Shown here: positions 48,386 through 57,750 of the stretch, piece by piece
How positions within the stretch are numbered: the first letter of the stretch is position 1
Layout of the letters: every line of letters begins with the position of its first letter
The notes under the pieces: generated by a model
What the model was told of the DNA's origin: nothing
Database searches by the model: none
What the model saw: the letters and a program-made list of their open reading frames with translations, nothing else
NCBI GenBank assembly: GCA_038043285.1
Contig: JBBTCJ010000013.1
Span: forward strand, 17,852 to 81,851
Length of the DNA stretch: 64,000 bases
Reading direction: 5' to 3'
From: Planctomycetota bacterium
GTDB lineage: Bacteria > Planctomycetota > Phycisphaerae > UBA1845
Program-made: the position numbers and the translations under genes

Positions 48386-49183
48386 TCAGCGCTGGCGTGC
48401 CTCGACAACGAGTTCCAGCCCGCTCCCCAACAAGGCCTGAGCGCTCCCGTCACGCACGGCCACCTCCAGAAGTTCGGCGCTTCCGATCATCGCCACCGGC
48501 TCGCCGGGTTTGGCATCGCGGAAGGTCCGTCCGATCGCCCCGACGCTCTCACCGTTGACGAAGATATCCCACGCCATCGGTGGGCCTGCCGAGGGAAAAA
48601 GCTGATCCCGATGAAGGTTGGTGATAAGATTCCCGAATCGGTCTACATAAACGATCTGCCCTCGCCAACCGTTGTCGGTCCGCTCAGCGCGATGCGGAAC
48701 GCTGAGCAATTCGATGCGTTCTGCCGGAGGTCCAAGCAGTCGAAGCTCGACCCCCTTGGCCAGGTGGGCGGCGACGGGCGCCAGGATGTCGCGACCCTGA
48801 AACGTGTTCGACACCTTCGGCAGAAAGTAACGACGGTCCTCGACGACGTGCATGGCCTCCAAGGACAAATCCCGCTGGACCCAGGTCAGCAACCCGTTGT
48901 CCGGAGCGACGACATACTGCCCCTGATATTTTCCGGCGACGATCCGTCGCGCGGACCCCACACCCGGGTCGACCACGGCGAGGTGGATCGTTTCGCGCGG
49001 AAACCAGGGAAGCGCGTGGCGTAGCACGAACGCCCCCTGGCCGATGTCCCGGGGTGCGATCTCGTGAGTGATGTCGACGATCCGCGTCTCAGGCGCGATG
49101 GAAAGGATGACGCCCTTGACCGCGGCGATGTAGGGATCGCGAGCGCCGAAATCCGTCAACAGCGTGATGATTCGCCCAGCCAC
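48386..49183 (-). CDS. SAM hydrolase / SAM hydroxide adenosyltransferase family protein (DUF62)
   Basis: IITLLTDFGARDPYIAAVKGVIL, HLAVVDPGVGSARR, VYVDRFGNLITN. Confidence 0.9.
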   Translation of the reverse strand: MAGRIITLLTDFGARDPYIAAVKGVILSIAPETRIVDITHEIAPRDIGQGAFVLRHALPWFPRETIHLAVVDPGVGSARRIVAGKYQGQYVVAPDNGLLTWVQRDLSLEAMHVVEDRRYFLPKVSNTFQGRDILAPVAAHLAKGVELRLLGPPAERIELLSVPHRAERTDNGWRGQIVYVDRFGNLITNLHRDQLFPSAGPPMAWDIFVNGESVGAIGRTFRDAKPGEPVAMIGSAELLEVAVRDGSAQALLGSGLELVVEARQR

Positions 49184-49320
49184 GGTGTGTCAGGCCCCCA
49201 ATGGAACGGGCGTATCCTTGGTGGAAGGGAGGCGCTCGTCAAACCTCGAATTTCGTCCCCACCCGGCTCGGTGAAATCCGGATGCTCCTTGCGGCTCGCC
49301 AGGTGGCGCCAGAACCCGAG

Positions 49321-50406
49321 TCAATGAACCGTCGTCCCCGCCTGACCTGTCCTGCGGCCGCGTTCCATCATGCTGGCGGCAACCAGACCGAGTTCAAACA
49401 GCCCGTACATGGGAATGCACAGGGTCAATTGACTCACAACGTCGGGCGGAGTGATGACCGCGGCGATGACCACGATCGCAAAGATGATGTGCCGCCGATA
49501 CGCCCGCATGGCGGCGCTGGACATCAAGCCGCTCCAGGCGAGAAAGCAGACTACGATCGGGGTCTCAAAGGCCACGCCGAAGGCCAAAGCCAGCATGAGC
49601 ACGAACGAAAGATACGAGGGTATCGCAAATTGGCTCTCGACCATGGGTGCGACGCGGTGCGGCTCCAGGGGAGCGGAATACTCGCCGTCTTCCCGGCGGA
49701 TGACCAGTCGATTCGTTTGGGAGTTGATCCAGACGTCTCCGGGGTCCGCATCGGTCGGATCGTCGTGACGAATCGGGATGTTGAAGCGCGCAGCCGGTTC
49801 AACGTCCGGCGGCGGTGGATTCCCCGCCGATCCGATCAGACGGTGCACGAAGGACGGGGACAAATCCTTGGCTTCGAACGCGCGGTTGAAGCTGATAAAG
49901 AACTGCAAGACAACCGGAAGGACAAGGAAATAAAGAAACAACACGCCGACCAGGAACAGCCCCGACGAGGCGATCGTAAGTCTCCGGGCAAAGCGGCGCT
50001 CATGCGAATACAACCCGCTGGCCACGAACGTCCACGCTTGATACAGAATCCACGGCATCGCCAGGATGAAGGCCGCCAGAAAAGACATTTTCATGTACGC
50101 TCCGAAGGCGTCCGTAGGGGCGAGCGATTGTAGATTCGGTTGCAATCCGTTGGCCCGCTGCACGATCCAAAGCGGCCGGAAGAGCCATTCGAGAATCCAT
50201 TCTCCGAAGCTCAGCGTACCCACGCAGGCTATCGCGACGCCGACCAAGGCCCGGATTAGCCGCGTGCGAAGCTCCTCAAGGTGGTCGCCGAACGACATGC
50301 GCGACGACTCGATCGCGTTCTCTGGGTCGGTGCTGCTGGGAAGTGCAGGCGGTTCTTCTACCGGCGCGGCCGTCATCGAAGTCGATTCTAGAACTCCGCC
50401 GCGCAT
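49321..50406 (-). CDS. tatC: Twin-arginine translocase subunit TatC, with a ~60-aa insertion
   Basis: MSFGDHLEELRTRLI, six hydrophobic segments, FGVAFETPIVVCFLAWSGL. Extra segment (AKDLSPS...PHRVAPMVES) between predicted TM4 and TM5. Start could be ATG at 50298. Confidence 0.9.
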   Translation of the reverse strand: MRGGVLESTSMTAAPVEEPPALPSSTDPENAIESSRMSFGDHLEELRTRLIRALVGVAIACVGTLSFGEWILEWLFRPLWIVQRANGLQPNLQSLAPTDAFGAYMKMSFLAAFILAMPWILYQAWTFVASGLYSHERRFARRLTIASSGLFLVGVLFLYFLVLPVVLQFFISFNRAFEAKDLSPSFVHRLIGSAGNPPPPDVEPAARFNIPIRHDDPTDADPGDVWINSQTNRLVIRREDGEYSAPLEPHRVAPMVESQFAIPSYLSFVLMLALAFGVAFETPIVVCFLAWSGLMSSAAMRAYRRHIIFAIVVIAAVITPPDVVSQLTLCIPMYGLFELGLVAASMMERGRRTGQAGTTVH

Positions 50407-50459
50407 GGGTCAAACTCGTGAAATCGGTCGAGGAGTCATGGCGATCATTGAGATGTTCG

Positions 50460-51824
50460 TCACGGAGCAATCTGATCAAGTTGCACGTCCACGCCGGCGC
50501 TGACCTGACGAGTCACCAGCAGACGGCGCGGCAGCCGATCGCGCAGGACGAGCGGAACGTCATCCGCCGTCAAGGCTTCACCCTGCCGCTGCTGCCACTT
50601 TCGATCGAGATAGCTTGCGTACGAAAACGAAAGTCGCCACGGGTCGGCGTCGAGCTTGGCGCCTGCCGCCCCCCACCGGTTCCGCAGATCTTCCCAGCCC
50701 GTGCGAACGACCTCGACGCTCTCGCCCGCCGGCACCTCCTTCAACAGGGCGGTCCGGAAGTCACGCCACGAAACTCCGGATTTGCTTTCATGCGGAATTT
50801 CCAACCGCCTTTCGGCTTTCTCGTAGACCCATCGGCCCTCCGCGAAGGGCAGCCCGGGACCGAAATTGAGGTTCACGAACACCGGCAGATCGGACCGGTT
50901 GGTGAGTCGGGCGATAACCTCTCGGCCCTCGCGGAGGACTTCGAGGTCCGCCTCGACGCCGTGACGCGACACCGTCGGCGGTGCGGCCTGAGTAACCCTG
51001 ACGCTCGCCGCATTGCTTGCGACGCGCCCTATTCCCCCCGCCGTCAGAGATTCATCATTCCATCCGGGCTGATAGGTGAAGGCAACGGAATACAGTCCCG
51101 CATCGAGCAGCGGAATCCTCGCCCAACCGCGGTTGAAGTCGCGAACGACGAGCCGGAGCTCCTGACGCGGCGGAATCACCGACGCGGGACCGCTGTTGAG
51201 ACGAGATTGAACAACCTTGACGACCTCCTCGTCCGCGCCGATATCGTCAACGCTGAGGGTCAGGGTACTCCCACCCGGCGCGGTGACGGTCAGCCACTCG
51301 GTCGCGTCGAGCATTCTTCCAACCTGGGCGGCTTGCGCGATCTGAGGTTCGTCGGTGGCCGTGGGTTCGACCTCAAACGGTATCCGCGCGGGTCGGTCGG
51401 AGTTGTTGCGTAGCGTGAGGAGAAGGTCCACGGACTCGTTCCAGGCGATCTCGTTGCGCGAGAACTCGATGGACACCTCGGTTCCCACGAAAAAAAGGCT
51501 GTCGAGGGCGGCAACCAGTCGCTTGGCCCGAATCGAAGCCTCCAAATCGCTGCCCGCGGCAACCAGCTTGAGATCGTCGTAGGCCTCCATTCCGGCGGCA
51601 AGCAGCCGACGCGTGGCCTCTGTTCGTCGCGCGTAGGAACGATCGCTCAAGTCCGCAATGAGCGCCGCGATCTCTTCGCGCGATGCCGGCTGGACGAACG
51701 GCGGCGGTTCATTGGCGCCCGCGCGATGCGGGCCGACGGCGGTTCCACTCATCGCCGCGGCGACGGTCAACCAGGCCGCTTGAACACAACGCGTGGATCG
51801 ACGCCTCGATGCTTGACAGTTCAT
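50460..51824 (-). CDS. Secreted hypothetical protein (possible Tat-type signal)
   Basis: Start at ATG 51822-51824. MNCQASRRRSTRCVQAAWLTVAAAMSGTAVG resembles a basic n-region plus h-region signal peptide. The remainder looks beta-rich with no recognised domain. Confidence 0.6.
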   Translation of the reverse strand: MNCQASRRRSTRCVQAAWLTVAAAMSGTAVGPHRAGANEPPPFVQPASREEIAALIADLSDRSYARRTEATRRLLAAGMEAYDDLKLVAAGSDLEASIRAKRLVAALDSLFFVGTEVSIEFSRNEIAWNESVDLLLTLRNNSDRPARIPFEVEPTATDEPQIAQAAQVGRMLDATEWLTVTAPGGSTLTLSVDDIGADEEVVKVVQSRLNSGPASVIPPRQELRLVVRDFNRGWARIPLLDAGLYSVAFTYQPGWNDESLTAGGIGRVASNAASVRVTQAAPPTVSRHGVEADLEVLREGREVIARLTNRSDLPVFVNLNFGPGLPFAEGRWVYEKAERRLEIPHESKSGVSWRDFRTALLKEVPAGESVEVVRTGWEDLRNRWGAAGAKLDADPWRLSFSYASYLDRKWQQRQGEALTADDVPLVLRDRLPRRLLVTRQVSAGVDVQLDQIAP

Positions 51825-51968
51825 GGCGATTCCTTTCCGCGATTCATCCTCGAGCAGGCCGCGGCGCGTGCGGCGCCGTAGGACATCCATCGGTCGGCGC
51901 GTCCCACCGGTTGAGGCCCCCGCCCTGTTCCGAGTAGACCTCATGCCTCGGCGGATTACAATGCACCT

Positions 51969-54101
51969 ATGCCCGCCGGCGTGCCTCGAGAATCCGAACC
52001 GGACTCCGGTCCATCGACGCCGACACGCCAAGGCGAGACCGCGGCAGATGCCGGCCCAGGAATCCTCGCGACCCCTGCGACAACAAGTCAAAGCGTCCGT
52101 CAGCGCCGCACCGTGCGCGCTGGAAACCGCGATTCTGGACAACTCATCCTGGGCGTTCTGGCACTCATCTTGCTTGTATTCGTAACCTTCATGCCCGCGC
52201 TGACGGCCGGGCTGGTCGGGTGGGACGACGATGACTTGCTCGTCCACGAGGAGCGCTACACATCGCTGACGCCGAAGAACGCGTCATGGATGTTCACCAC
52301 CTCGTACACGGGCCACTTTCAGCCGCTGACCTGGCTGAGCTATTGGCTTGACTACACGCTGTGGGGTCGCGAACACTTCGGGTATCACCTCACAAGCGTA
52401 GTGCTGCATGGTTCTTCGGCGATCATCGCGTTCTTCGTTTTTCGTCGTCTGCTTCGACGGCGCGGGGCTGATCGCGCGGATCATCCGTTTGCAACGACCT
52501 CGGCCGCGTGCGCCGGTGCGGCTTTCTTTGCGGTGCATCCTCTCCGAGCCGAATCGGTCGCCTGGCTGGCGGAACGTCGCGACGTGCTCAGCGCGACCTT
52601 CTACCTCCTGTCGGTGTGGTTCTACCTTCGCTTCGCCGAAGCCGATCGCACAACGCGGTGCGACGGCTTCATGGCGGACGAATCGGTTTGCACGCGACCG
52701 GGGCGGAACTACGTGGCCATGTTTTCCTGTTGCGCGCTGTCACTCCTCGCGAAAGCAAGCGCCGTCACGCTTCCCCTGGTGCTTCTGCTGCTGGACGCCT
52801 TTCCCCTGCAACGAATGCGCGATGCGGCAACGGGTCGCTCTCGCGTCCGTCGACTGCTCCTCGAAAAAGCGCCTTTGTTTCTGATCTGCGGCGCCGCGGG
52901 CATCCGAGCGATCATCGCCCAGGCGGATCAGGAGGCGCTCTACCCGCTCGCCGCGCACGACCTGGGGGCCAGGTTATCGCAGGCAGCATATGGGTGGGTT
53001 TTCTATCTGCGCAAAACGCTTTGGCCGGTCGAACTGGGACCGCTCTACCCGCTTCCACCGTGCGAAACCCTTATGGGTCCGATGCTCTGGGTCTCGCTGG
53101 CAGTCCTGGTAGCCTGCATCGCGGTGTGCGTCGGCGTTCAGCGCCGCGCCCCGGCCATCCCCGCCGCAATGGCCTTCTACACGATTCAGGTCGTGCCCGT
53201 TTTGGGATTCTTCCAAAGCGGACCGCAACTCGTCGCCGACCGCTATAGCTACCTCCCAAGTCTGGGGTTCGCTGTGCTCCTCGCGGAGGCGGTTCGAAGG
53301 GGTGCGCGGGCCTGGATCCGTTCCGTGCCGGCGCGGAAGCCTCTCGGCGCCGTGCTGGGCTGCACCCTGCCGCTGGTCGTCCTCATGCACGCAACGTTTG
53401 ATCAATGCGATGTTTGGCTGTCCCCGCTGACGCTGTGGCGGCGCGGCGTGCAGGTCAGCCCGCAGAGTTCGATCGCCCATGTCAATTACGGTGATGCGTT
53501 GATGCTCATTGACGCGACCAAGTCGGCGATCGCGGAGTACCAACAAGGACTGGCGCTGAACCCGACGGACGCCGTCGGAACGCGGCACCTCGGGGTGGCT
53601 CTCTATGCACTTGGCGAACTGAGTGCGGCGGCGGAGAGCCTTCGGCGCGCCATCGACCTTGACCCCATCCACCGCGGCGTGTCGGAGAAGCTCGCCATGG
53701 CGCTCGCGCGCCTCGGGCAGCCGGCGGAGGGAGCAGACGTTCTTCGTGATCGTCTTCGCGCCGACCCCGTCGATATGGGGGCCGCCGCCCTGTTGGCCGA
53801 ACTGCTGGCGACTTACCCCGACGCGACGGTCCGCAACGGGGACGAGGCCGAACGCTTGGCGAGATTGGTCAGCGATTCACAGGGCGGCACCAACACCACC
53901 GCGTTGATGCGCTGGGCGACCGCCTTGGCCGAAGCGCATCGGTTCGACGAGAGCATCACCATCGCCGAACGCGCCTTGCGCATGGCACGAGACGCAGAGG
54001 ACGATCGGCTACATAGCGAACTACAACGGCGGCTCCAACGATTCCGGAACCACGAGCCCTATCACTTCAGGCCCGACGGCCCAAACAACAAGACCCCATA
54101 G
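51969..54101 (+). CDS. Polytopic GT39/TMTC-like (DUF1736-type) membrane protein fused to C-terminal TPR repeats
   Basis: FMPALTAGLVGWDDD, YHLTSVVLHG, HPLRAESVAWLAERRDVLSATFYLLS, then about 9 TM segments. C-terminal TPR units (AIAEYQQGLALNP..., AAESLRRAIDLDP...). Confidence 0.8.
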   Translation: MPAGVPRESEPDSGPSTPTRQGETAADAGPGILATPATTSQSVRQRRTVRAGNRDSGQLILGVLALILLVFVTFMPALTAGLVGWDDDDLLVHEERYTSLTPKNASWMFTTSYTGHFQPLTWLSYWLDYTLWGREHFGYHLTSVVLHGSSAIIAFFVFRRLLRRRGADRADHPFATTSAACAGAAFFAVHPLRAESVAWLAERRDVLSATFYLLSVWFYLRFAEADRTTRCDGFMADESVCTRPGRNYVAMFSCCALSLLAKASAVTLPLVLLLLDAFPLQRMRDAATGRSRVRRLLLEKAPLFLICGAAGIRAIIAQADQEALYPLAAHDLGARLSQAAYGWVFYLRKTLWPVELGPLYPLPPCETLMGPMLWVSLAVLVACIAVCVGVQRRAPAIPAAMAFYTIQVVPVLGFFQSGPQLVADRYSYLPSLGFAVLLAEAVRRGARAWIRSVPARKPLGAVLGCTLPLVVLMHATFDQCDVWLSPLTLWRRGVQVSPQSSIAHVNYGDALMLIDATKSAIAEYQQGLALNPTDAVGTRHLGVALYALGELSAAAESLRRAIDLDPIHRGVSEKLAMALARLGQPAEGADVLRDRLRADPVDMGAAALLAELLATYPDATVRNGDEAERLARLVSDSQGGTNTTALMRWATALAEAHRFDESITIAERALRMARDAEDDRLHSELQRRLQRFRNHEPYHFRPDGPNNKTP

Positions 54102-54666
54102 TCGCGCGTCAAGCAAGAGAACCATCACCGTTAAGCGGGGAAGCCTCGGCAAGGGACGCGATGGTGCGCTCGGCGTTCGCGCAGAAAATGCCGAGGGAGT
54201 GCAACGAATTTCCCTTGAACCCTCGGCGCGCGGCGGTACGGTATGCCAAAGTGTCGAGGGTGCCATGCGCGAACATCGGGTCAATGCGGCGCAGCGAATT
54301 GCCGACGCGCTCCAGCGCATCGTCGAAGCCGTCACCCTTCGCCGCCGCGTCGATCAACGACAAGCCAAGGCAACGCGCAACACGGTCAACGAGCTTCTTG
54401 ATCAAATCGATGAACAAACCGTTCAAGCAGCCCTGCTTGAGGTCTACAAGGCCGCCGAGATGAAGGCCAGAAAACAGGCGGCGGAACGCGGCCTGATCCT
54501 TCCTCGACCCCGTGGCGGACCCTCCACGCACAAGGCCTGACCCCGGTGTCTTTTTCCCCGACCGTCGGAGCTTTTTCACAACGATCGTATCCCGAACCGG
54601 GAAAAACCTCGCCGCCCGACCAGGGCCGCACCGCCGAGAGCAATGGACCCCTTCCCTTCGCACAGC

Positions 54667-56814
54667 TCATGCGGTGGTCGGTGCGGGCGCCGGGCGGATC
54701 GTACGCCGCGTCTCAGAAGACCGAAGGGCGATCAGAACGATCCCCAGGACGAAGACGAACAGGCCGACGACGATCACTCGCACTGGAAGGTGGGACCACT
54801 GGCCCTCCGGATCGGCGTCGCCCGGCAGGTCCATCCACGCGAACCACTCTGGTCGCACGGCGCTAAGCGCGCCCAGGGCGTTGTGCAGCAGATGAGCGAG
54901 CATCGAGGGCACGATCGACCGCGATCGCCAGCAAAGATAGCCCAGGAGAATCCCCAGTCCTCCCGTAACCGCGGCCTTGAAGAAAAAGAAATGGTAGGCC
55001 GCGAACACCGCGGCGGAAACCAGAATCGCCCGCCACGGTCCGGTGCTTCCGAGCAGCGAGCTGAGCAACAAACCGCGAAACAACAACTCCTCGCAGACCG
55101 CAGGCACGACGGCGATCGTCAGCAACACCGCGACCAGCGGCATCGCCGAAAGCGTCTGCCCAAGTTGCGCCGCGCTCTCGACCACCTGCTGCGGCACCCC
55201 GAGAACCTGCGCCTGAAAAACATTCACTTCATGCGCAACAACCCAAGCAGACGCTCCGATCAGCGTCGCACCCAGGACGTCCTTCGTCGACGCCATCCGA
55301 AGCGAGAGCGCCGCGGCGATGCGCACTTTGCGGAAGGCCAGCAGCAACACCGGCAGCAGCGCGAACAACACCGGCATGGCCACGGCACAACCCCAAAGCA
55401 ATCCCCGGGCGTCGTGACCTGGCGCCGGTGAAAGCGTCGATTGCACGAAGAACCAGATCGGAAACAACACCGCGACCAACAGCAGCCCCAGCGACGGACT
55501 CGGTCGATCCGCGACCCGCAGGCGCGCGCGGGCGAAGGTTCCGCGCCACGAACCGGCGTCGGCAAACACCACCGACTCCTTGCCGAAGATGTTGGCCGCC
55601 GCCGCGATCGCCGCCGCGGCATACAAGGACGTGGAGACGATCACGATCGCCATCTGCCAAACCGGAACCGCGGCGCCGAGAAGCAACTCCTTCGCCAGCG
55701 CCACCATGTTCCCCACCGGCAGTACCAGCATCACCCCCTCGAGCCGCGTCGCCGGGAACGCCGCGATCCCGCCCGGTACCAGCACCGCGAGAATCACCGG
55801 CGTCACGTAATTCTGTGCCTCCTTGAACGTCCGCGCGAAGCTGCACACCGCGATCATGATCGCGGACATGAACACCGCGAACGGAATCAGCGCCACCAGG
55901 ATGAAGGCCATCTGGGCGAGCGGAAGCCCTTCGCCTCGCGCCGCGATGATGCGGTCGAAACCGCCGAAGTACACCGTCGCCGTCACGCTGGCCAGATTCA
56001 ACGCAGCCCCCACGACCGCCACCGTCGTCACCACCATGAACTTGCCGACGATCAGGTCGATCACCGGCACGGGACAGACCATCAACGTCTCCAGCGTGCC
56101 CCGTTCTCGCTCACCGGCAGTCAGGTCGATGGCCGGGTAGATCGCCCCAGTGATGGTCATCAGCACCAGAATCAGCGGAAGAACCGCCCCCAGCACCGAC
56201 GAAGGGTTGGACAGGTCCACCGTGGCGACGTCCAGCGGCTCAACAAACGAGGGCGGCAGTCCGCGGCCTGCGAGTCGATCGCCGCGAATTCGCTCCTCCG
56301 TACGCCTGAGCATCTCCTGAATTCGACGCGAAGCGGAGATGCCGCGAGGCTCCTCGTAGTCCGCCACGATCAAGACGCGATGGGTCAGGTCGGCCCGATG
56401 GACGTCCAGTCCCTCGACAAAGATCACGCCGACCGGGACCACGCGCTGCCGAATCGCCTCCTCCAGCTCGTCGCGCGAGGCAAATACCTGAATTTTCTCC
56501 TGGGCTAACGGCTGGGGCGCGTTCTCATCGTCGGGGGGCGCCTCACCCGCAGGGGCCTCGGAACGGATGGCTTCGGCATCGGCGACGATCAACGACGACA
56601 GGATCCCCCTCTGCCCGTCGTCGACAACCCCAAGCACGAGATCTTCGTGTTCCAGGGACTTCGTCTGATGACTGACCGCCTGCACCGAGCCGAGCATCAG
56701 CAGCGGATAGAGCACGATCGGAACGACCACCATCGCCACCAGCGTTCGCCGGTCACGCAAGATATCGATGAGTTCCTTCCAGTAGATCGTTCGAATGCGG
56801 TGCGGGAAGATCAT
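54667..56814 (-). CDS. ABC-2-type permease fused to a CPBP (CAAX/Abi) intramembrane protease domain
   Basis: N-terminal NatB-like IYWKELIDILRDRRTLVAMVVVPI with a large extracytoplasmic loop and TM bundle. C-terminal CPBP motifs CEELLFRG, FAAYHFFF, LAHLLHNALG. ATG overlaps the ATPase stop (ATGA). Confidence 0.85.
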   Translation of the reverse strand: MIFPHRIRTIYWKELIDILRDRRTLVAMVVVPIVLYPLLMLGSVQAVSHQTKSLEHEDLVLGVVDDGQRGILSSLIVADAEAIRSEAPAGEAPPDDENAPQPLAQEKIQVFASRDELEEAIRQRVVPVGVIFVEGLDVHRADLTHRVLIVADYEEPRGISASRRIQEMLRRTEERIRGDRLAGRGLPPSFVEPLDVATVDLSNPSSVLGAVLPLILVLMTITGAIYPAIDLTAGERERGTLETLMVCPVPVIDLIVGKFMVVTTVAVVGAALNLASVTATVYFGGFDRIIAARGEGLPLAQMAFILVALIPFAVFMSAIMIAVCSFARTFKEAQNYVTPVILAVLVPGGIAAFPATRLEGVMLVLPVGNMVALAKELLLGAAVPVWQMAIVIVSTSLYAAAAIAAAANIFGKESVVFADAGSWRGTFARARLRVADRPSPSLGLLLVAVLFPIWFFVQSTLSPAPGHDARGLLWGCAVAMPVLFALLPVLLLAFRKVRIAAALSLRMASTKDVLGATLIGASAWVVAHEVNVFQAQVLGVPQQVVESAAQLGQTLSAMPLVAVLLTIAVVPAVCEELLFRGLLLSSLLGSTGPWRAILVSAAVFAAYHFFFFKAAVTGGLGILLGYLCWRSRSIVPSMLAHLLHNALGALSAVRPEWFAWMDLPGDADPEGQWSHLPVRVIVVGLFVFVLGIVLIALRSSETRRTIRPAPAPTTA

Positions 56815-57575
56815 GGGCTTGGCGCCCCCGCCGGCTCGTGGGCTTCGATCGTCTTCAGGAAAATGTTCGTCAGGCGCTGCTCGCCCGTTTCTGCGCGCAA
56901 TGCGCCGAGGCTCCCCTCCGCCACCAGCCGACCGTCGTGCAGCAGGCCGATTTGGTCGCACATGGTCTCCGCTTCGTCGAGATAATGCGTGGAGAGGATG
57001 ATCGTCTTTCCCGCGTCGCGTTGTCCGCGGATCACGTCCAGGATCACGCGGTTGCTCAGCACGTCCAGCCCCAGCGTCGGCTCGTCCATGATGAGCACCG
57101 GCGGATCCGCGACCAGCGCCCGGGCGATGTTGACCCGCTGCTTCTGCCCGGTCGACAACGCTCCGCACCGAAGTCGGGCAAAGTCGGCAATGCCCAAACT
57201 CGCAATCAGTTCATCAGCCCGGGCATCGGCGGCATCCGACGGCAGCAAGTGCAGTCGAGCGAAATAGACCAGCAACTCGCGCGGGGTTAGTCGCTGATAA
57301 AGTCCGGTGTTGGCCGTCAAGAAGCCCAACACCCGCTTAACCTCCGCCGGTTGTGTCGCCACATCAAACCCGGCCACATACGCCGTTCCCGCCGTCGGCG
57401 CCATCAACCCGCTGAGCAGCCGGAGCGTCGTGGTTTTTCCTGCGCCGTTGGGCCCCAAAAGCCCGTAGATCGTCCCGGCACGAACCCGAAAACTGACGCC
57501 GTCGACGGCCCGCTTCTCCCCGCCGTCCGGCGCGGGAAAAGCTTTGACCAGATTGTCCGCGACGACGATGTCCAT
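56811..57575 (-). CDS. ABC transporter ATP-binding protein
   Basis: Walker A GLLGPNGAGKTTT, signature LSTGQKQRV, Walker B VLIMDEPTLGLD, H-loop STHYLDE. Start at ATG 57573-57575. Confidence 0.95.
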   Translation of the reverse strand: MDIVVADNLVKAFPAPDGGEKRAVDGVSFRVRAGTIYGLLGPNGAGKTTTLRLLSGLMAPTAGTAYVAGFDVATQPAEVKRVLGFLTANTGLYQRLTPRELLVYFARLHLLPSDAADARADELIASLGIADFARLRCGALSTGQKQRVNIARALVADPPVLIMDEPTLGLDVLSNRVILDVIRGQRDAGKTIILSTHYLDEAETMCDQIGLLHDGRLVAEGSLGALRAETGEQRLTNIFLKTIEAHEPAGAPSP

Positions 57576-57750
57576 AGGGGACGATTGTACGGGACGGACA
57601 AAGCCGCCGCACGCGATCACCCAGGGAATGGGGTTCATCGGTAGAGGCGAGGTCTGGCATGGCGCGTGCTACCCCTTCTTCGTCGAACGGGTTACGATGA
57701 TTCGGCGTTGGCGCGGAATGGATTGCACCATTCAGGAGTTAAACGAGATC

